From positions 128,001 to 192,000 of the IMG/VR virus record IMGVR_UViG_3300010163_000003: a stretch of 64,000 nucleotides of DNA. One strand, given 5' to 3'. Each line of letters starts with the position of its first letter. The first letter of the stretch is position 1. Shown piece by piece: positions 56,401 to 64,000 of this stretch. The notes under the pieces are model-generated. The model worked only from the letters and a program-made list of their open reading frames with translations, ran no database searches and had not been told where the DNA came from. A program made the translations under genes and the position numbers. The stretch is from a virus (lineage: Duplodnaviria; Caudoviricetes).

Positions 56401-57067
56401 ATGGGACAGCACATCTTGTATCACCAAAGATATTATTAAACTTAGAAACATATTTATCGCATTCGTCATATGTCATATCTTTAGAACCAACAGAAGTATC
56501 ATCACAATGTTCTACCTTACAAATTTCATTTGTATAGATAGGTTCTTCTACTGCAACAGTTACTTCATATGGAGCTTGATACATTTCCTTAGTGATAAGC
56601 TTAGGAATAATACCTTTACGTTCGCAATCAAGAGGATATTGCTCTGGATCAGCCAAATAAGTAGGATGATAAATTTCTAAATACATTGTTAATGATGTTT
56701 TATTGGTATCATTATCTATAGTTAAATCATCTACATTATCTACTTCAATATCTTTAGGAGTAGTAGTAGTTTTTAATATAACAGTATCAGTAATCTTATT
56801 TACCTGATCTTCAATTTTCTTTACATACTCTTCAGTAGTAAGATTATCTAAGTCATAAGTATCTCCAGGAGCAGGATAAACAATGTCCCAGTTCTTATTG
56901 CGGATAACGGAAGGTTCACCAATAACTTTACCGTCAAGATCATATACTGCTTTTGTCTTAACACCAAGCGCTAATACTTTAGCAATTTCTTTTGGGAAAT
57001 CTCCAGACGAACACAAACCTTCATAATATCTAAAAATTCTGTATTCGCCGCTAACATTTGCAGCCAT
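53468..57067 (-). CDS. Large virion structural protein (1199 aa), beta-rich, with a C-terminal Ig/B-repeat-like domain
   Basis: Strong AAGGAGGT RBS; inside the head/fibre operon; C-terminal ILADSGYAFKK...MNVIFE resembles InlB-B-type repeats. Confidence 0.55.
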   Translation of the reverse strand: MAANVSGEYRIFRYYEGLCSSGDFPKEIAKVLALGVKTKAVYDLDGKVIGEPSVIRNKNWDIVYPAPGDTYDLDNLTTEEYVKKIEDQVNKITDTVILKTTTTPKDIEVDNVDDLTIDNDTNKTSLTMYLEIYHPTYLADPEQYPLDCERKGIIPKLITKEMYQAPYEVTVAVEEPIYTNEICKVEHCDDTSVGSKDMTYDECDKYVSKFNNIFGDTRCAVPSQSGTSTNFEINSAYLTKIKQNDSDLYNLLLNYINSEGIEPKEYTALNSVRVEIMREANVYTMIFESVKSLTIYTIPQGSSYNVAHKPLDRLIPELSLDGIYIPISSDSFHTDGNTIYFDKEIVFEASTDGVLVIRYNYEHSSDDTIFDRTTLLNNHYVLMRMFDHINDEHTGPKENVYNSNGEVIKINSHISPWSKLSWYQDFEEVMVDTIDSDIATNNIHDGTLYVPLETVGLNADTKIRYWINTNNDRFSLIVMGNPSMDYERDRHLISACYCGRIDSFERPKKDDSGFINDTAGNFALFTSSSTEPCDTTLTMEESPYPLIHYELTEDMLKNNNYDTSKLEQFKKSCPWHSPCVPAQTGTAQVYYIQLSDKTYFDRTEWPRYVIVNEQGMPISPCLAAFKRNFVIASGKSDLLELTIDTKYAYCDSTYTIYVTFGYYKEKYVLNSGVVRDVFGNIVNVEKVKDYGVNTSDGVTSISMYHTRSKAYYQKHHMLYATTEEYMSKVMYGKSSYTGEYYADRIKVTHSNDGPRGILSDLLVIDSNSLYAMDELVINKDFEKDDEQYEETFVYFPITAPYSPLSDSPNSLYGFAIKKEEREPVYTDENKILQIAGQQLDTIAANFVPVTKDIGPDKLLNVTANGCTVNWELKSGSVWYDVKTNKRPDDETPLRLAVKNTKEYQGSFIEVDGEEVLDTITPVEGIIVTPMSKEESESDYPSSTDACYIRLAGFNIITDGPSDQTFAYGISDTEIPSIGRNAKIKACINDGLKAKDGSMHDNSVTFEYNIEDMPFVSVIGELNAPLDPDTPIRLVGAHPDKYLILYDIDYTQIPVIPATADMPASEATVPTYSILQYACIPLNKANTTESKNALLRYPCTFSITTEGGKGTYSLNKVDGHNTYINAILPYDSTAHVGILADSGYAFKKATIVDSDTGIEIDEITTLSNITVGEGVTMQGIDVSLDRNKRMNVIFEPVTTP

Positions 57068-57100
57068 TATGTTACCTCCTTATAGATTTAATAGTACATT

Positions 57101-57610
57101 CTATTCTAGTAAAACGGTAGGCTGAAGTGGAACATCAGGATCATACCCGAGAAGAGGTAAATCTTCAATAGATGTTTCTTTCTTAGGTTCTCGTAGAAAT
57201 CTCATGCCAAACCATATCTTTTTAGAAGTTCCACTCATATTAATGAATTTTACTTTTATTTGAGATTGAGGAGGTAGCACATAAACATAAGTAGATGTTC
57301 CTATATACAAACCTTCTTTAACCTCAGTTGGGAACCATGTATCAAACCAAAGTTCATCATTAACCCATATATTATAATAATCATTTTCTCCATAGCCACT
57401 GCAAGTAACAACAAATGAAAGAAATTCTATTTCCTCATCTGGAGTTGTGTAGTCTAAATCGTATACGCCAGCAATACTAGGAACGTTCATCATAAGCATT
57501 TTATTCCATGGTTGAGTAAGGTAAGCAAAGTTTCTTATTCTATCAACATATTTAACTTTACGAACTGTATTTAAGTCACCATCAGCTACATATACAACAT
57601 GAAAGCCCAT
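57101..57610 (-). CDS. Hypothetical virion protein
   Basis: 169-aa ORF with GGAGGGTG RBS in the structural operon; beta-rich. Confidence 0.6.
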   Translation of the reverse strand: MGFHVVYVADGDLNTVRKVKYVDRIRNFAYLTQPWNKMLMMNVPSIAGVYDLDYTTPDEEIEFLSFVVTCSGYGENDYYNIWVNDELWFDTWFPTEVKEGLYIGTSTYVYVLPPQSQIKVKFINMSGTSKKIWFGMRFLREPKKETSIEDLPLLGYDPDVPLQPTVLLE

Positions 57611-57614
57611 TTAA

Positions 57615-58322
57615 TCACCCTCCGAGCCAAGCAGGATCTCCGGGTGGTATCTTTGACATAAACTTTACGCTGTTTGCAAATGAATTTTTATCTGTAACAA
57701 AAATAAAACAATATTCTTTTTCAGTAGAATCTTCATCTTCATTTTCAATAGTTCTATTTTCAATAGTTACTATAATATCGCCAGATTGTATCGCTGCAAT
57801 TGTATTTTGCTCAAAAGTACCAAAAGATGCTTTAATAAATCCAGCATCGCTATCATACAACCATTCATTTGCACTTCTATCATGATATTCTCTAAACGGT
57901 AGTAATTGATAAAATTGAGCGTTATTATACACACCATCAGCAAATAATCTTACTTTAAAATCATTAGAGAAGTTACCATCTTTATCAATAATTAATGCTA
58001 CCAACTCTTCTCTTGTTAACCATTTATTTGTTTCTAAATCTTTTAAGGAAATTTGCACATTGCCAGAAGTAGATCCAATCCATGAGTTAACAAGAAATTT
58101 GCGATAAATAGGAAGAACAAATTTAGCTTTTTCCAAAGCTTCATTGACTCTATCAATGCATTCATTAAATAGCGTTTTTACTCTTGTATCTGTATAAGCG
58201 TTCATTAAAAGTTTAAACTGTTCGACTGTGATAGTTTTTGTATCTTCAATATCTTCAATTATTAATAAGTCATCATCAGTGACTTCTATTGCTGTTTTAG
58301 TTTTCAGACTGGCTAATTTCAC
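57615..58322 (-). CDS. Hypothetical virion protein
   Basis: DDDLLIIEDIEDTKTITV N-terminal motif of the kind seen at fibre N-termini; GTG start after AGGAG (ORF track start 58340). Confidence 0.55.
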   Translation of the reverse strand: MKLASLKTKTAIEVTDDDLLIIEDIEDTKTITVEQFKLLMNAYTDTRVKTLFNECIDRVNEALEKAKFVLPIYRKFLVNSWIGSTSGNVQISLKDLETNKWLTREELVALIIDKDGNFSNDFKVRLFADGVYNNAQFYQLLPFREYHDRSANEWLYDSDAGFIKASFGTFEQNTIAAIQSGDIIVTIENRTIENEDEDSTEKEYCFIFVTDKNSFANSVKFMSKIPPGDPAWLGG

Positions 58323-59385
58323 CACTGCCACTCCTCTCAACTAGACTACCGCTATTCAATGTTTCAATATATTCTTTTTCTTCAACGTCATCCAAATTAA
58401 CTGGCTGAAAGATAATATAAGTTACATCAAAATAGGAATCATATACTATTGTCCATTTACCGTCTACAACTTCATGAGCATATTCTTCATGGTCTTCGTC
58501 AAACGATTCGCCATACATATAACTTTCGTCTAAGTTAATACGATTTTCATCAATTCTACCTTTTATTTTAATATATATCACGTTAATTTTCAACCCAATA
58601 TTTATAGAATCTTGAGCAGGAAAATATTCTAAAACTTCTATTGGGTCTTCTAAATTTTCAAGAAAATCATCAAGATATATAGCTTCTGGAGTATCTTCTT
58701 CAGCAACAACAGCATCTACTATTGGTTTAATAAAAATTTGATGAACATTACTCCAATCACCGTTTTCGCTTCTTATTCTAACATGATACATACCCTCATC
58801 TGCATCAAATTCTGGGATATGTTTCATAGTATCCTCTACTTTATTGCCAGGAATTATTTTATCATACAATAACAGCTCAAAAGTATTACTCTTTGATATT
58901 TGAAACTCATATGACTCAGAAGCTTGATTGCGCCATGTAAACTCAGGCACATGTTCGCTAATCGTCCCATATTTCGGAGACAAAATCTCTACAGGCGGAA
59001 AGCTTGCAATAGACTCTGTATAGAAACATGAAATGTGTTTCTTTATCATTTTATTACCAGTAATGTCTGTAATTCCATCATTAAGCATCAAAATATAACA
59101 CATGTTAGTGTTAAAAGGCTTATCAGGAGTATACGTAAGAACTCTATCTTTATAAGATATAGAGCCTTTAACGACATGATACTGGGAGTAATCTTTTAAG
59201 CTGTTAACGTTTCTAAATATTTTATTGTAATCCTCTAAAACTACAATATTCTTGGCAAATGAAGCAGGATTGATATCAGCGGTAAATTCAATGGTAACGC
59301 TTGCATTTACGTTAACATTATTAGCACGTTGACCAGGAGTTACATTCAAAACTCGTATACCTTGAGTTTCATTGTAATTATCCAT
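58297..59385 (-). CDS. Ig-like (SbsA/Big_5-type) and fibronectin-like domain head-associated protein
   Basis: VLNVTPGQRANNVNVNASVTIEFTADINPAS...LTYTPDKPF...YILMLNDGITDITGN; FTW...YEFQIS...YHVRIRS...WS. Confidence 0.75.
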   Translation of the reverse strand: MDNYNETQGIRVLNVTPGQRANNVNVNASVTIEFTADINPASFAKNIVVLEDYNKIFRNVNSLKDYSQYHVVKGSISYKDRVLTYTPDKPFNTNMCYILMLNDGITDITGNKMIKKHISCFYTESIASFPPVEILSPKYGTISEHVPEFTWRNQASESYEFQISKSNTFELLLYDKIIPGNKVEDTMKHIPEFDADEGMYHVRIRSENGDWSNVHQIFIKPIVDAVVAEEDTPEAIYLDDFLENLEDPIEVLEYFPAQDSINIGLKINVIYIKIKGRIDENRINLDESYMYGESFDEDHEEYAHEVVDGKWTIVYDSYFDVTYIIFQPVNLDDVEEKEYIETLNSGSLVERSGSGEISQSEN

Positions 59386-59403
59386 AATCAATCCTCTATT
59401 CTA

Positions 59404-59742
59404 TTATTCTTCAGTTTTGTTTTTTCTGCCACGACGCTTATTTTGCTGTACAGGTTCTTCTAATTTAGTTTCTACAATAGGTTCTTGTGCTTGCTCTTGT
59501 ACTGGTTCTTGTGTAACAGGCTCTTGATTAGAAACAGGAGCAATTGTTTTAAGTTTGCCAGTAGTCAAGTCAATAACATTATCAACATCAATCAGAAGGC
59601 CAATTTTAACAGCACGCAATATAGCAGGAGAAACCTCGCTGGCTGTGCCAACGGGGTTTCTCACTGTTAAGTGCAGTTTGGTCACAGGACAGAAAAAAGC
59701 ATAATTGTTACTTTTTCTAGGATTTAAACGAACTGTAAACAT
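59404..59742 (-). CDS. Small protein downstream of the major capsid protein
   Basis: AGGAGG RBS; folded-looking N-terminus, QEPV low-complexity repeats and a basic tail. Confidence 0.6.
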   Translation of the reverse strand: MFTVRLNPRKSNNYAFFCPVTKLHLTVRNPVGTASEVSPAILRAVKIGLLIDVDNVIDLTTGKLKTIAPVSNQEPVTQEPVQEQAQEPIVETKLEEPVQQNKRRGRKNKTEE

Positions 59743-59765
59743 TAGCTTTTCCTCCTGTTATAAGA

Positions 59766-60968
59766 TTACGGAGTGGTAGGAGCTTGCGGATTCTCTAAAT
59801 TAACTGTATATACACGTTCTGGCGTAGCATAGCACTTAGCCATAGATATATTCTTGGCAGAGCAAATAGCACGACCTTCATTGTATGTACCGAAGCCATA
59901 ACGTTCAATAACTTTAACGTTGTTCAGATCGCGGCTTGGATCACGGAATTCTTCGGTCTTAAGCTCATCCTTAACAATAAGTACGCCTACATTGTTAGCA
60001 TCTACGCAGAACATGTCAAATGTCTTACCAATCTTATCAATTGGGGCGAATGGAGACAAATTCACGTTAAAGCTAAATGGCAGACGACCCTGAATGCTTT
60101 CTGGGCCAAGCTTAAACTGTGCATTAGGCGTTTCACGCTTAACTTCACGGTCAAATGGAGCAGTTAAGCCACCAGTAAGGCCATTACGAGCAAAACAAGT
60201 CCACACAAGAGGATGCATGATTAAATCAGTTGGAGTATATTCGTTGTTATATACTGCAATGATTAAATCAAGTAAGTCATCAATAGAAAGGGTATCATTA
60301 AGATTACCATAGAAGTCAAGACCAGTAGTGCCAGCTTCAGGAATCTTAGCCCTCAAAGAGTTGTCAAATACAGTCCAACCATGGCGGAGCCATTCATCAA
60401 ACGCTTTTTGTTCTTTAAGGCGTGCCATTGCACGACCAGCTTCCGCAAGAAGAACAGAGATAAGGTCAAACTCCAAATCAGACTGAAGTTCATCAGTATA
60501 TTGAATACGAACGCCGCTCTTCCCTACATGGATGAGGGAGTTCTTGTGGAGTTGCCAATCAACGGTTTCTTCTGGAATTTCCTGACCTTCGGCAACGTCA
60601 TGCGCACGCATCACGCCGATGGACGGGAACATTACAGCCTGACCATTCTTAAGACGAATCTTCTTGAAGAACTTAGAAGCAAGATATACAGGATCAGCAG
60701 CTTGCCTCATAGTACCAATAATAACGCGAGGAATAAGCACCTTCGCGGAAGGAGAAGCAAGAAAGTCCTTAAAATTAAATCCGGGAACAACCTTACCATC
60801 TAAAACATCGCCAAATGCTTTAAATACCTTTTCATCATCTTCGGTAAGCTGATACTGATCTAATTCAGCGTCAGTAAGCATTTTACCATGAGCTAACTTA
60901 TCTTGAAGCTCTTTTTGCAGAGCGTCATTAGTTTGGTTCATTTGATCTAAAATATTAACCAAAGCCAT
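59766..60968 (-). CDS. Major capsid protein (HK97-fold)
   Basis: 400 aa; LIPRVI...VAEGQEIPE...KSGVRIQYTDEL...AGRAMARLKEQKAF...YTPTDLIMHPLVW...ERYGFG; higher GC and strong RBS; follows protease and decoration genes. Confidence 0.88.
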   Translation of the reverse strand: MALVNILDQMNQTNDALQKELQDKLAHGKMLTDAELDQYQLTEDDEKVFKAFGDVLDGKVVPGFNFKDFLASPSAKVLIPRVIIGTMRQAADPVYLASKFFKKIRLKNGQAVMFPSIGVMRAHDVAEGQEIPEETVDWQLHKNSLIHVGKSGVRIQYTDELQSDLEFDLISVLLAEAGRAMARLKEQKAFDEWLRHGWTVFDNSLRAKIPEAGTTGLDFYGNLNDTLSIDDLLDLIIAVYNNEYTPTDLIMHPLVWTCFARNGLTGGLTAPFDREVKRETPNAQFKLGPESIQGRLPFSFNVNLSPFAPIDKIGKTFDMFCVDANNVGVLIVKDELKTEEFRDPSRDLNNVKVIERYGFGTYNEGRAICSAKNISMAKCYATPERVYTVNLENPQAPTTP

Positions 60969-60998
60969 TTGTATATTCCTCCTATTGTATTAATATGG

Positions 60999-61036
60999 AG
61001 CTACCTGAAGAGGTAGCTATCTAGTTACCTCTTCAG
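60999..61036 (-). promoter_or_regulatory. Overlapping alternative stem-loops at the decoration/MCP junction
   Basis: agctacct/aggtagct (60999-61018) and ctgaagaggta/tacctcttcag (61005-61036) share sequence. Confidence 0.45.
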
Positions 61037-62269
61037 CAGAACGTACATTGCGCCTTGGACACCCTTAAAGTCAGCCCAAGAAGGAGTACCATAATGCTTC
61101 AGCTTGTAATCAGCAGTGATCTTTGCTTTATCGGCAAGATCAGCAGTTAATGTAATTGTAATAATGCCTTTTGCATAGTTAACAGTATAATTTGGCTTAT
61201 CACCAGTCATTGGAGCAAGTTCAGTGCCATTTACGTAAACTTTAGTAAGTTCAGAAATGTTACCAACCTTACCACCAGCAAAATCTACGCACTGAGCCAT
61301 AACAACTGTACCAGCGGCGATAGATGCGCCAGTTGCATTCTCAAAAATGGTCATACCTTTATACTCAGTATCGTTTTTGCCAAAACCATCATAGTTACCC
61401 GAACCGTCGTGGATGCCAATAATACCAGTAGGATTATTAATGAGCTGAGACTGATAATTCTGGTAAATAGTATTTCCTTCAGCGTAGCCAGGATCGAACG
61501 GATATCCCTCATCAGATGGCATATTAGAAACACCAGAACGGTTAATAAAAGCATCGTCTTCATATTTATATTGTTCTTCCCACAGCATCCACTTCAACCA
61601 GCCAGTAGGTTCAGCGTTAAGATCGGATGCCAATACTTGGCCAACTACATCTTTCCAATTGTTGCCGTCCCATTTAGCAAGACGACCAGATGGAGTAGCC
61701 ATCAGATAATCACCATTAGTAACACCATTACCGTCTTTATCGGCAATAACAGCACCCCAAGGCATACGATTACCAACAGTAATCTCTTGTTCTTCTTCAA
61801 GAAGAGCTTTAATATTGTCTGCTTCAGAAGTACCAAATGCTTGAGCCTTAAAGCCAGGAGCGTATGGAAGTTCTACATATTCCAGAGTAATGATAGAAGG
61901 CTGATTGCCGCCGAACCTATCAAGCTGGAACCAATCCTTAGTAAAATTATATGGAGCCATGCCAATTACGTTGTTATTGGTAGCAAGACCAGGAAGGGTA
62001 ATGGATGCAAGATACTTCTTAGATACATAATCCTTCACAGAAGCACCAACGCCTACTACACGACCCTTTGGGATAACAACTTCGTCCATCCCAGGACCGC
62101 CATATTGATAATTAAACAACACACCGTCTTTAAAGATAGCACTCATTTTCTTGTCAAGGAAAGTAGGATCAAGAATCCACTTTTCAGCAGGAGACATATG
62201 ACCAGAGCGCACCAGCGCGGTATGTGACCGAGAACCTTGTTGGTTTTCATAACCCCTAAACAAAGCCAT
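61025..62269 (-). CDS. Head decoration/cement-type major virion protein with an inserted Ig-like domain
   Basis: Lies between protease/scaffold and MCP; VVIPKGRVVG and GDYLMATPSGRLAKW cement-like motifs; VYVNG...YTVNYAKGIIT beta domain. Confidence 0.65.
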   Translation of the reverse strand: MALFRGYENQQGSRSHTALVRSGHMSPAEKWILDPTFLDKKMSAIFKDGVLFNYQYGGPGMDEVVIPKGRVVGVGASVKDYVSKKYLASITLPGLATNNNVIGMAPYNFTKDWFQLDRFGGNQPSIITLEYVELPYAPGFKAQAFGTSEADNIKALLEEEQEITVGNRMPWGAVIADKDGNGVTNGDYLMATPSGRLAKWDGNNWKDVVGQVLASDLNAEPTGWLKWMLWEEQYKYEDDAFINRSGVSNMPSDEGYPFDPGYAEGNTIYQNYQSQLINNPTGIIGIHDGSGNYDGFGKNDTEYKGMTIFENATGASIAAGTVVMAQCVDFAGGKVGNISELTKVYVNGTELAPMTGDKPNYTVNYAKGIITITLTADLADKAKITADYKLKHYGTPSWADFKGVQGAMYVLLKR

Positions 62270-62289
62270 TAGTTTTTCCTCCTCGTTTA

Positions 62290-63762
62290 TTATTTGTTGA
62301 AAAGCTTACTAACAATGTCTTTCGCAAAGTCATCGACGTTGCGCTTTGCGCCCTTGTTATCAGCAATTGTATTAGCTTCAGTCTCTTTATGACTGTTGCT
62401 ATCTTCATTATTAGCCAGTGTAGGATTTGGTACACTAACTGGTGTCCGAGGAGCTTGAACTTTCTTAGAATCTTCAAGTGCTTTGTTCAGTTCCTTCATA
62501 GACTGTGCCAAAAGCTCAGTCTTACGTTCAGCCATCTTGTCTTCTGCAAGTTTGCCTGAAGCATTTTCATTGGACACTATATTATCAATTACCATTTCTT
62601 TATTAGAAGTGGCAAGAGACAGACACATATCTTTCATACTAATTGCTTCTGCACGAGCGGTATCGCGTTCTTTTTCTGCATCAGCAACTTTTTGTTTCTC
62701 TGCTTCTAAATCTTTAGTTAAATCGGCAACTTTCTGATTAGAAGCGTCTAAATCTTTTTGAAGTTGATCTATTTTCTTCTGCAATTCAGCATCAGATGTT
62801 TCTTTAGCAGGTTGCTGTTGAGAATCATCTTCGGCTTGTGATGTAGGTTGTGTTTCTGAATCTTGAATAGAAGGAGTAGGTGATGTACTAACTCCACCAA
62901 GCAAACTATCAATCATGTCAGAGATGGTCTTTTTAATTTCTTCTGGGTTGGAAGCTTGAGTGTTTTGAGCACCAGTTTCTCCATTCATGTCTGAACCCTC
63001 CTTGTTATCTTTATTGTTTGTTACGACTGTAACCTTCATAATTTGAGCAAAATCATCTGCGGGATTATTTACCGTAGAAACTTCATGATATTCTATATCT
63101 TTAGCGCCCCAATAACATACTTGATCTTTATATGTTTCTCCACGCCAATGACCACAAAACTTCATTTTACCATCTTTAAGAATGGTTCTACCACATATAT
63201 TACATGTCACAGTGCCCATAGTACCACTAATGCTAACAGTACCATATCTACCATCCAAAAACTTAGCAAATGAATCTTGATCTGTAATTCTAGCCTTTAG
63301 GTGAATAGCGCTTCGTTCATCAGTAAGTTCTGAAGGGCCTTTCCATGCTTGTTGTATGCGCCCAAGCGGTTCGCCATCATAAGTATTATGATTCTTAAGT
63401 ACTGGCTTTTTAAATGGATTTACGAAAGACTCGCAATCTTTTTCCATGCTATCTTCATAGTATACACAGTAATTGTGATTAGGGCCAGAATGCGTAGCTT
63501 CCATTTCTACATCAAGAGCCTGAACAGAAGTTTTTCCAGATTTCATATCTGATAAAATTTGCAATGGATTAATATCATTACCTAAGCTATCCACAAACTT
63601 AGTTTCATGTACAAAATTAATCCTATTTTTATTCATAGCATCAACTATTGTGTTTACAGATGCTTTTGGGCCAATATCGCCATTAATATCAGCTATCGTG
63701 GCCATATTAAATGAAAATTCTTTACCATTTGCATCTTTTACTATGGTAAGTTCATCTGCCAT
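62290..63762 (-). CDS. Prohead protease fused to a coiled-coil scaffold domain
   Basis: PVLKNHN...PLGRI...DGRYGTVSISG...CNICG...CGH...YHEVSTVNNPAD protease pattern; long C-terminal coiled coil. Start MADEL follows AGGAGG (ORF track start 63783). Confidence 0.8.
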   Translation of the reverse strand: MADELTIVKDANGKEFSFNMATIADINGDIGPKASVNTIVDAMNKNRINFVHETKFVDSLGNDINPLQILSDMKSGKTSVQALDVEMEATHSGPNHNYCVYYEDSMEKDCESFVNPFKKPVLKNHNTYDGEPLGRIQQAWKGPSELTDERSAIHLKARITDQDSFAKFLDGRYGTVSISGTMGTVTCNICGRTILKDGKMKFCGHWRGETYKDQVCYWGAKDIEYHEVSTVNNPADDFAQIMKVTVVTNNKDNKEGSDMNGETGAQNTQASNPEEIKKTISDMIDSLLGGVSTSPTPSIQDSETQPTSQAEDDSQQQPAKETSDAELQKKIDQLQKDLDASNQKVADLTKDLEAEKQKVADAEKERDTARAEAISMKDMCLSLATSNKEMVIDNIVSNENASGKLAEDKMAERKTELLAQSMKELNKALEDSKKVQAPRTPVSVPNPTLANNEDSNSHKETEANTIADNKGAKRNVDDFAKDIVSKLFNK

Positions 63763-63763
63763 T

Positions 63764-64000
63764 CTATGGCCCTCCTTCCTCAATTTTGCTAAACTCAGTA
63801 AGATGTTTTATTATAGAATCTTTGTAGAAATTCATATGAACGTCAATAATATCAATTACACCTAATTCTGAGCTAGCATAAGTACTTATACCTATTAAAT
63901 CAGAATTTATTTTATTTAATAAATCAAGAAAAGTTTTATATTCAAAATCGTATAATTGTTGAGGTGCATTTTCTTTATTAAGAATATAAGCTATATTCTT
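63764..64000 (-). CDS. C-terminal end of an upstream head gene (possibly portal or head morphogenesis); partial
   Basis: Frame is open from the right edge (...NIAYILNKENAPQQLYDFEY...SKIEEGGP*) to the TAG at 63764-63766, abutting the protease start. Confidence 0.5.
   Translation of the reverse strand, partial: KNIAYILNKENAPQQLYDFEYKTFLDLLNKINSDLIGISTYASSELGVIDIIDVHMNFYKDSIIKHLTEFSKIEEGGP

Noticed and set aside
297-63865. Numerous short plus-strand ORFs in the track, including 61409..62227 (272 aa), 26014..26523 and 14113..14592
   Set aside because: All lie antisense to long minus-strand genes that have RBSs and recognisable motifs. They show no recognisable domains and are best explained as shadow ORFs.
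1-64000. Stop-codon reassignment (alternative genetic code)
   Set aside because: Standard code gives near-complete coding density, and TAA, TAG and TGA each end genes immediately before the next RBS.

Overview
The window is one continuous, tightly packed, minus-strand virion morphogenesis region of a large AT-rich myovirus (probably a jumbo or near-jumbo phage). Strong AGGAGG/AAGGTG ribosome-binding sites, an Amidase_3 lysin, peptidoglycan-binding domains and BspA-type LRRs suggest a Firmicutes host. In transcription order (right to left) it holds: prohead protease/scaffold, a head decoration protein, the major capsid protein, about 28 kb of modular fibre/adhesin genes (Ig-like, lectin-like, glycine-rich, Mtd/C-type-lectin-like, LRR), neck proteins, two sheath paralogues, the tail tube and tube-like paralogues, an amidase and a putative holin, a pair of paralogous tail chaperones, two giant proteins at the tape-measure position, and the start of a baseplate/hub protein. 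The main finding is the 3588-aa protein (687..11453). It carries, in the correct order and spacing, the catalytic motifs of both barrels of a double-psi beta-barrel RNA polymerase: beta-like ED and K-x7-K, beta-prime-like R-x-P and DFDGD, plus an RdRP-like AVDxK. It is also fused to an intact N-terminal DEDDh 3'-5' exonuclease and has a C-terminal hydrophobic segment. Its 2073-aa neighbour carries a PD-(D/E)XK nuclease, a degenerate SNase fold and glycine-zipper membrane segments. Together they look like a tail-delivered transcription and nucleic-acid processing machine. All domain calls come from motif recognition by eye; no database searches were run. I saw no tRNA, rRNA, CRISPR array, reverse transcriptase or integrase.
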